DNA of 64,000 bases from an uncultured Oscillospiraceae bacterium (GTDB taxonomy: Bacteria; Bacillota; Clostridia; Oscillospirales; QAMX01), in contig CAYWVF010000014.1 of assembly GCA_964461815.1 (NCBI GenBank), positions 1,515-65,514 of the forward strand, read 5' to 3'. The notes beneath the pieces are model-generated. The model searched no databases, was not told where the DNA came from, and worked only from the letters and a program-made list of their open reading frames with translations. This document shows, in pieces, positions 57,585 through 64,000 of this stretch; the first letter of the stretch is position 1; every line of letters begins with the position of its first letter. Both the position numbers and the translations under genes were made by a program.

Positions 57585-58874
57585 ATGTTTCAGACATTTA
57601 TGAACGCATGGCGTATTCCGGAATTAAGGAAAAAGCTGTTGTACACGCTCATGATGGTCGTCATTTTCCGCTTTGGTTCTGTTGTACTTCTGGTACCTGG
57701 TATAAACACAGAAGGCTTGCGTATCCTGTTCGATAATTATACGCAGCAGGGCAACCTTCTTGGTTATCTCAACGTATTAACTGGTGGATCGTTACAGAAT
57801 GCTACGGTCTTTGCTATGTCGATCACACCTTATATTAACGCATCGATCATTATTCAGTTGTTGACGATTGCAATTCCTGCTCTCGAGCGCCTCGCAAAAG
57901 AAGGCGGCGAAGAGGGTCAAAAAAAGATCGGACTTATCACACGTTATTCTACAGTAGGTCTTGCACTTATACAGGGTATCACATACTATATCCTTCTCAA
58001 GAACCAGAATCTTCTTCTTGATACAAGCTTCTGGAATGCAGTTGTTATAGTAATGAGCTTTACAGCAGGTTCTGCTATAGTAATGTGGATGGGCGAAAAT
58101 ATCTCCGAAAAAGGCATTGGAAACGGTATTTCAATATTCCTTTTCGTTGGTATCCTTTCTCGCGCTCCGTCAATGATATTCGGACTGTATTCTTACATGA
58201 TCATGGGCGGCTGGTACATCGTAGCTACGATCCTTATAGTTATAATGTTCCTCGTTATGGTTGCATTCATCGTTTACGTAACAAATGCTGAACGCAGAAT
58301 ACCGATCCAGTATGCGAAGCGCATGGTAGGCCGCAAAATGTACGGTGGACAGTCTACAAACCTTCCGATGAAGGTCAATATGTCAGGCGTTCTTCCGGTC
58401 ATATTTGCTTCTACACTTCTCAGCTTCCCGGGAACAATTATTCAGTTCTTCTCACCGGCAGAGGGTACTTTCTGGTATAGCGTAGGCAAGTTCCTTTCTC
58501 CGACGAGCTGGTTCTATATTGTAATGTATTTGCTGTTGATATTTGGTTTCTCCTATTTCTACTCTGCAATACAGTTTAATCCGGTAGAAGTTGCCAATAA
58601 TTTAAAGAAAAACGGCGGTTTTGTTATGGGTTACCGTCCCGGCAAGCCAACATCCGATTTTCTTGTAAAAATACTCAATAAGATAACCTTTATAGGTGCT
58701 GTATTCCTCGCTTTGATCGCTGTTGTTCCTGTAATATTCGGTAGCGTAACAGGCATGAGCTCCATAATCATCGGAGGTACGTCTGTACTGATCGTTGTCG
58801 GTGTTGCACTTGAAACATCTAAGCAGCTTGAAGCGCAGATCATGATGCGCCACTACAAGGGTTTCCTTGAATAA
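57585..58874 (+). CDS. secY: Preprotein translocase subunit SecY
   Basis: 429 aa, 10 TM helices. Canonical position. Confidence 0.95.
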   Translation: MFQTFMNAWRIPELRKKLLYTLMMVVIFRFGSVVLLVPGINTEGLRILFDNYTQQGNLLGYLNVLTGGSLQNATVFAMSITPYINASIIIQLLTIAIPALERLAKEGGEEGQKKIGLITRYSTVGLALIQGITYYILLKNQNLLLDTSFWNAVVIVMSFTAGSAIVMWMGENISEKGIGNGISIFLFVGILSRAPSMIFGLYSYMIMGGWYIVATILIVIMFLVMVAFIVYVTNAERRIPIQYAKRMVGRKMYGGQSTNLPMKVNMSGVLPVIFASTLLSFPGTIIQFFSPAEGTFWYSVGKFLSPTSWFYIVMYLLLIFGFSYFYSAIQFNPVEVANNLKKNGGFVMGYRPGKPTSDFLVKILNKITFIGAVFLALIAVVPVIFGSVTGMSSIIIGGTSVLIVVGVALETSKQLEAQIMMRHYKGFLE

Positions 58875-58888
58875 TAGGAGATTTTATT

Positions 58889-59518
58889 ATGAAGCTTATA
58901 TTATTGGGCGCGCCCGGTGCAGGTAAAGGCACACAGGCGGAAGTCATTCGCGATAGACTTGGTATTCCTCAGATCTCCACGGGTAACATCATTCGTGAAG
59001 AGATAAAAAAAGGCAGCGAGTTAGGTCTTAAGGTAAAGAGCGTTGTTGAATCCGGCAATCTCGTATCCGATGAGCTTGTTATTGCACTTGTTCAGGAAAG
59101 ACTTAAGGCTGATGACTGCAAGAATGGTTACATTCTCGACGGTTTTCCTCGCTCAATAAAGCAGGCTGAGGCTCTTGCTGAGTTTGCAGATATTGATACG
59201 GTACTTGAGATCCATGTACCTGATGAGAAGATCATCGAACGTATGTCCGGCAGAAGAAGCTGCCCGGCATGCGGCGCAACATTCCATGTTCTGTACAACG
59301 CACCTAAGGTAGAGGGTAAGTGCGACACATGCGGAGCTGATCTTACGATCCGCCGCGACGACAATCCCGAAGTTGTACGCGATCGTTTAAAGGTATATCA
59401 TGAGCAGACTGAGCCCCTTATAGCTTTCTATAAGGCTCAGGGTAAGGTAAAAACAGTAATCGGACAGGAAGAGCTTGCTGATACAACAAAGCTCACAATT
59501 GAGGCACTGGGTTTATAA
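58889..59518 (+). CDS. adk: Adenylate kinase (zinc-lid form)
   Basis: GAPGAGKGTQA P-loop. CPACG...CDTCG lid. Confidence 0.95.
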   Translation: MKLILLGAPGAGKGTQAEVIRDRLGIPQISTGNIIREEIKKGSELGLKVKSVVESGNLVSDELVIALVQERLKADDCKNGYILDGFPRSIKQAEALAEFADIDTVLEIHVPDEKIIERMSGRRSCPACGATFHVLYNAPKVEGKCDTCGADLTIRRDDNPEVVRDRLKVYHEQTEPLIAFYKAQGKVKTVIGQEELADTTKLTIEALGL

Positions 59519-59522
59519 TACA

Positions 59523-60275
59523 ATGATTGCTTTAAAAACGGCAAAAGAAATCGAAATGATGAGAATAGCAGGGCAGATAGCCGGGGCGGCGCTCGAAGCC
59601 GCCAAGGCTATCATAGCCCCGGGCGTTACTACAAGAGAGATCGACAATGTGGTAAGAAATGCTATCGAAGCTAAAGGTGCGATCCCAACGTTCAGAGGCT
59701 ACAACGGCTTCCCGGGAAGCGCATGTGTTTCGGTAAATGAAGAGGTCATTCATGGGATCCCCGGTAATAAAAAGGTCAAAAACGGCGATATCGTTAAAAT
59801 CGATGTCGGTGCGACCTACGGAGGCTTTGTGGGTGACTGTGCAAGGACATTCCCTGTTGGAGAGATCTCGGATGAAGCAAAAAAGCTGATCGAAGTAACG
59901 CGACAGAGCTTCTATGAGGGCATCAAATTTGCCAGAGTGGGCTACAGGGTATCTGACATATCAAATGCTGTGCAGAAATATGTTGAAGCTAACGGTTTTA
60001 GCGTGGTTAGAGATTTTGTAGGACACGGAGTAGGGCATAAGCTTCATGAGGACCCCGAGGTTCCGAATTTCGGTCGCCCCGGTCATGGACCGAGACTGAT
60101 ACCTGGTATGACATTGGCTGTAGAGCCGATGGTAAACGTAGGTACGTATGAAGTAAATGTTCTGGCAGACCGTTGGACAGTTGTGACTTTGGATCACAAG
60201 TTGTCTGCGCATTATGAAAACAGCATATTGATAACAAGTGGAGATCCGGAGTTGCTGACAGAGTACAAAAAGTAA
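59523..60275 (+). CDS. map: Type I methionine aminopeptidase
   Basis: Start at MIALKTAKEIE. Metal-ligand residues present. Confidence 0.9.
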   Translation: MIALKTAKEIEMMRIAGQIAGAALEAAKAIIAPGVTTREIDNVVRNAIEAKGAIPTFRGYNGFPGSACVSVNEEVIHGIPGNKKVKNGDIVKIDVGATYGGFVGDCARTFPVGEISDEAKKLIEVTRQSFYEGIKFARVGYRVSDISNAVQKYVEANGFSVVRDFVGHGVGHKLHEDPEVPNFGRPGHGPRLIPGMTLAVEPMVNVGTYEVNVLADRWTVVTLDHKLSAHYENSILITSGDPELLTEYKK

Positions 60276-60368
60276 TTTTTCGAAAGGTCAACAAGGCTGC
60301 AACGGATAAATACTGAGGCAGAAAATGCCGAAGTGATCTAAGGTTAAAGCACGAGGGAGGAATAGGTC

Positions 60369-60587
60369 TTGTCAAAGGAAGACGTAATCGAGCTCGAAGG
60401 TACCGTCATAGAGGCGCTGCCAAACGCGATGTTCATGGTTGAAATTCCCGGAGGACATAAAATTTTGGCACATATTTCGGGAAAACTTCGAATGAATTTT
60501 ATAAGAATACTGCCGGGTGATAAGGTAACGGTGCAGATGTCGCCGTACGATCTTACGAGAGGCAGAATTACTTGGAGAAGTAAATAG
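60369..60587 (+). CDS. infA: Translation initiation factor IF-1 (TTG start)
   Basis: [12 protein letters not shown] start. GGGAGG ribosome-binding site. Confidence 0.9.
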   Translation: MSKEDVIELEGTVIEALPNAMFMVEIPGGHKILAHISGKLRMNFIRILPGDKVTVQMSPYDLTRGRITWRSK

Positions 60588-60609
60588 CAGTTACGAAAGG
60601 AAGGTCAAA

Positions 60610-60723
60610 ATGAAAGTAAGACCATCTGTAAAGCCGATTTGCGAAAAATGCAAATTTATCAGACGCAAAGGCCGTTTAATGATTATCTGCACAAACCCCA
60701 AGCACAAGCAGAGACAGGGCTAA
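60610..60723 (+). CDS. rpmJ: 50S ribosomal protein L36 (C+ zinc-ribbon form)
   Basis: 37-aa [40 protein letters not shown], absent from the track because of its size. Confidence 0.9.
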   Translation: MKVRPSVKPICEKCKFIRRKGRLMIICTNPKHKQRQG

Positions 60724-60746
60724 TAAATAAGGAGGTGCGTGAGTAA

Positions 60747-61115
60747 ATGGCACGTATTGCTGGTGTCGACCTGCCAAGGGAGAAAAGAGTAGAAATAGCA
60801 CTGACTTATATCTATGGTATAGGCAGAAAGCTTGCTTCAGACATAATAAAGGCAACAGGAGTTAACCCTGATACAAGAGTTAAGGATCTTACAGAAGATG
60901 ATATCTCTAAGATCAGAGAAGAGATCGACCATAACTACGTAGTAGAAGGCGATCTGAGACGTGATGTAGCTATGGATATAAAGAGACTTATTGAAATAGG
61001 TTCTTACAGAGGCATACGTCATCGTCGTGGACTCCCTGTTCGCGGACAGAGAACCAAGACAAATGCAAGGACACGTAAGGGTCCGGCAAAGACAATTGCA
61101 AATAAGAGAAAGTAA
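60747..61115 (+). CDS. rpsM: 30S ribosomal protein S13
   Basis: [10 protein letters not shown] start. Confidence 0.95.
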   Translation: MARIAGVDLPREKRVEIALTYIYGIGRKLASDIIKATGVNPDTRVKDLTEDDISKIREEIDHNYVVEGDLRRDVAMDIKRLIEIGSYRGIRHRRGLPVRGQRTKTNARTRKGPAKTIANKRK

Positions 61116-61127
61116 GGAGGGATAAGA

Positions 61128-61526
61128 ATGGCTAAGCAGCAGAAAAAGGCGGTTACAAGAAAACGCCGTGAACGCAAGAATATTGAGAGGGGCGCCGTTC
61201 ATATCCGCTCATCCTTCAATAACACGATCGTTACAATTACAGACGTAAACGGAAATGCTATCTCTTGGGCAAGTGCCGGTGGACTGGGCTTCAGAGGCTC
61301 AAGAAAATCCACACCGTTCGCAGCTCAGACAGCTGCTGAAACAGCAGCTAAGGCAGCTATGGAGCACGGTCTTAAGACAGTTGAAGTTTACGTAAAGGGA
61401 CCTGGTTCCGGACGTGAAGCTGCGATCAGAGCACTTCAGGCAGTAGGTCTTGAAGTTAGTCTCATTAAGGACGTTACACCGATACCTCATAACGGTTGCC
61501 GTCCGCCAAAAAGACGTAGAGTCTAA
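61128..61526 (+). CDS. rpsK: 30S ribosomal protein S11
   Basis: Sequence. Confidence 0.95.
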   Translation: MAKQQKKAVTRKRRERKNIERGAVHIRSSFNNTIVTITDVNGNAISWASAGGLGFRGSRKSTPFAAQTAAETAAKAAMEHGLKTVEVYVKGPGSGREAAIRALQAVGLEVSLIKDVTPIPHNGCRPPKRRRV

Positions 61527-61550
61527 TTCGGAAGAAGGAGGAAAATTATT

Positions 61551-62150
61551 ATGGCAAAGAATATGCAGCCTATAGCAAAACGTTGCAAGGCTCTGGGTAT
61601 TTCTCCTGGCGATATGGGTTATGCTAAGAAGCTTACAGAGCGTAATTCCGGCAATAAGATGAGAAAGAAGAAGAGCGAGTATGCCCTCCAGCTTCAGGAG
61701 AAGCAGAAGGTTAAGTTCGTATATGGTATCATGGAAAAACAGTTCCGTAGATACTATGACAAGGCAGTTCGTATGCCTGGTAAGACAGGTGAAGAGCTGT
61801 TAAGCTTGATCGAGCGTCGTCTTGATAACGTAGTATACCGTCTTGGTTTCGCTATGACACGCCGTGAAGCTCGTCAGTTAGTAAGTCATGCTCACTTTAC
61901 ACTTAATGGCAAGAAGGTTAACATCCCTTCCATCCAGCTTAAAGCCGGTGATGTTGTTGCTATCTCCGAGAAGAGCCGCAAGAGCGAAAAGTTCAAGGCA
62001 GTTCTCGAAGCAAACTCCGCAAAGCCAATGCCAAAGTGGCTTGATGTTAACCGTGAAACAGCAGAAGGAAGAGTTATCAATCTTCCGGAGCGCGAAGATA
62101 TTGATTTACCGGTAGAGGAGCACTTGATCGTTGAGTTGTACTCCAAGTAA
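61551..62150 (+). CDS. rpsD: 30S ribosomal protein S4
   Basis: Sequence. S4 domain. Confidence 0.95.
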   Translation: MAKNMQPIAKRCKALGISPGDMGYAKKLTERNSGNKMRKKKSEYALQLQEKQKVKFVYGIMEKQFRRYYDKAVRMPGKTGEELLSLIERRLDNVVYRLGFAMTRREARQLVSHAHFTLNGKKVNIPSIQLKAGDVVAISEKSRKSEKFKAVLEANSAKPMPKWLDVNRETAEGRVINLPEREDIDLPVEEHLIVELYSK

Positions 62151-62212
62151 TCATTATAGCTTCGATATAGGCAATAGGAAAACGGAAACGGGAACAAGGA
62201 GGGTAAGACATT

Positions 62213-63160
62213 ATGATTGAGATTGAGAAACCCCGCATTGAATGTGCAGAGTTACGCGATAACGGTTCTTACGGAAGATTCATAGTCGAACCACTGGAAC
62301 GCGGATATGGTACGACACTTGGAAATTCTTTGCGGCGAATCCTGCTCTCTTCACTACCCGGTACAGCGGTTACCAGCATTAAGATCAATGGAGTTGACCA
62401 GGAATTTTCCACGATCCCGGGCGTAAAAGAGGATGTAACCGAAATAGTGCTTAACGTTAAGGGCATTATTGCGAAGCTTCACTGTCAGACAGCGAAGACA
62501 ATTTATCTTAATGCTGTGGGTGAATGTGAAGTTACAGCCGGTGATATAAAGCCTGACGGTGAAGTAGAGATACTTAATCCGGATTGGCACATCGCAACGC
62601 TTGGACCGGATGCACATCTGTCTATGGAGCTTGTACTCAATCATGGCAGAGGCTATGTTCCGGCTGAGAAGAATAAGTCTAATCAGTCTATTATAGGTTT
62701 GATCGCGGTTGATTCAATATATACACCTGTATATAAAGTTAACTATGCTGTTGAGAATACAAGAGTTGGTAATATGACCGACTACGACCGCTTGATCTTA
62801 GAAGTGTGGACAAATTCCACATTGACAGCGCAAGAAGCAATATCCTGGGCTGCAAAGATCTTAAGCGATCTGCTGGTTCATTTCATTGACCTCTCAGATG
62901 AGGTGGGCGATAAATCAACTGTTGTCGAGAAGAGCGAGACTCAGCATGATAAGGTGCTTGAAATGACAATCGAGGAGCTTGATCTTAGCGTCAGATCATT
63001 CAATTGTCTCAAACGCGCCGGAATAAATACAGTTGAGGATCTTATTGACAAGACTGAGGAGGACATGATGAAGGTCCGTAATCTTGGTAGAAAATCGCTT
63101 GAAGAGGTTATCAACAAGCTCAGCGCAATGGGATTGTCGCTGACGAAAAGCGACGAATAG
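62213..63160 (+). CDS. rpoA: DNA-directed RNA polymerase subunit alpha
   Basis: 315 aa. N-terminal and C-terminal domains both present. Confidence 0.95.
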   Translation: MIEIEKPRIECAELRDNGSYGRFIVEPLERGYGTTLGNSLRRILLSSLPGTAVTSIKINGVDQEFSTIPGVKEDVTEIVLNVKGIIAKLHCQTAKTIYLNAVGECEVTAGDIKPDGEVEILNPDWHIATLGPDAHLSMELVLNHGRGYVPAEKNKSNQSIIGLIAVDSIYTPVYKVNYAVENTRVGNMTDYDRLILEVWTNSTLTAQEAISWAAKILSDLLVHFIDLSDEVGDKSTVVEKSETQHDKVLEMTIEELDLSVRSFNCLKRAGINTVEDLIDKTEEDMMKVRNLGRKSLEEVINKLSAMGLSLTKSDE

Positions 63161-63291
63161 AAATTGGATATAGAATCTGCCGCAAGTTAAATTGCGTGCA
63201 AGCAGGTTGTGCGTAAGCACGACTTGCGGTGGATAACATGCAGTCGTGAGACGAATGCATAAAACCAACTGAAAAGAGGAGGTATAACTTT

Positions 63292-63633
63292 ATGCCTGGC
63301 ACACGTAAACTCGGAAGACCGACAGATCATAGAAGAGCTATGCTGCGCGCTATGGTCACATATCTTCTGGAAACCGGCAGGATAGAGACAACCGTTACAA
63401 GAGCGAAAGAAGTTCGCCCGCTGGTTGAAAAGATGATCACATTAGGTAAAACAAATACACTGGCCTCCAGAAGGCAGGCTTTAAGTTTCATAACAAAAGA
63501 AGATGTTGTTAAAAAGCTGTTTGATGAAATAGCTCCCAAGTATGCAGACCGTCAGGGTGGCTATTGCCGTATTATCAAAACAGGTCCCCGTCGTGGTGAC
63601 GCTGCTGAGATGGCTATAATTGAGCTTTTATAA
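63292..63633 (+). CDS. rplQ: 50S ribosomal protein L17
   Basis: Sequence. Terminal gene of the alpha operon. Confidence 0.95.
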   Translation: MPGTRKLGRPTDHRRAMLRAMVTYLLETGRIETTVTRAKEVRPLVEKMITLGKTNTLASRRQALSFITKEDVVKKLFDEIAPKYADRQGGYCRIIKTGPRRGDAAEMAIIELL

Positions 63634-63651
63634 TAACTTAGTTATTTGAGT

Positions 63652-63706
63652 GAAGCTGCAATATACAGTAATTGATTTTATTGTATGTTGCAGCTTCATT
63701 TTTTTG
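63652..63706 (+). terminator. Rho-independent terminator closing the alpha operon
   Basis: GAAGCTGCAA ...loop... TTGCAGCTTC followed by ATTTTTTTGT. Confidence 0.65.
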
Positions 63707-64000
63707 TATAAATCTTACATTTTAAATGGACTTGACATAATCAGGAATGGTGTGCTATAGTAAAATAGAAGATTTGTAAAAATAGATTGAATGATGTATA
63801 TAAAAGGCGAGAAAAAGAAGTGAACGTAAAAGTGTTTAGCTTTAGCGAAAGGGAAAATTTGCTAAACTTTGGAAATACAGCTCCAATATGGTACTTTGGG
63901 CGGCTGTTGTTTTTGCTATAAGTTTGTACGGCGGTGCTTCGGGTGGTTATGGAGGTATTGTGCTCCGGCGCCGGCACTGCCACAAAATGTATACTTTTTT

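Noticed and set aside
1-64000. CRISPR arrays, tRNA and rRNA genes, IS elements, integrases, phage genes
   Set aside because: No regularly spaced direct repeats, no tRNA-like GTTCGA T-arm contexts in intergenic regions, and no transposase or integrase-like ORFs were found. The window appears to be core chromosome plus an accessory membrane-protein island.

Overview
Chromosomal segment from a low-GC Gram-positive bacterium (Firmicutes/Clostridia-like gene content and gene order). The second half (about 47.4-63.7 kb) is the classic secG ... S10-spc-alpha ribosomal super-operon, running rpsJ to rplQ with secY, adk, map, infA and rpoA, all on the + strand. The first half mixes housekeeping genes with an accessory, membrane-rich region. 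Housekeeping genes include recG, ddl-murI, tsaC-coaE, metG-tatD, rimM-trmD and ileS behind a T-box-like attenuator leader. Accessory content includes GH42 beta-galactosidase, GH29 alpha-fucosidase, a MATE exporter, an orphan truncated KdpD/KdpE-like two-component system, a GldA/GldF/GldG-like ABC cluster with a DUF4340 protein, and an NfeD-flotillin pair. No CRISPR arrays, rRNA or tRNA genes, or obvious mobile elements were seen. Two loci look most worth a second look. (i) A compact, apparently co-transcribed minus-strand trio of a VTC/CYTH-like polyphosphate-polymerase-domain protein, a DUF4956 membrane protein and a membrane-anchored CotH-family atypical kinase with a Pro/Asp/Met-rich tail. 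(ii) A five-gene plus-strand module in which an OmpR-type regulator, an intramembrane-sensing histidine kinase and a polytopic membrane protein are bracketed by two paralogous small 2-TM proteins. Other oddities: an in-frame CoaE/M18-aminopeptidase read-through, ribosomal protein S3 with a tandem-repeat RDGQQGG tail, and ribosomal protein L24 carrying a Cys4 zinc-ribbon-like motif.
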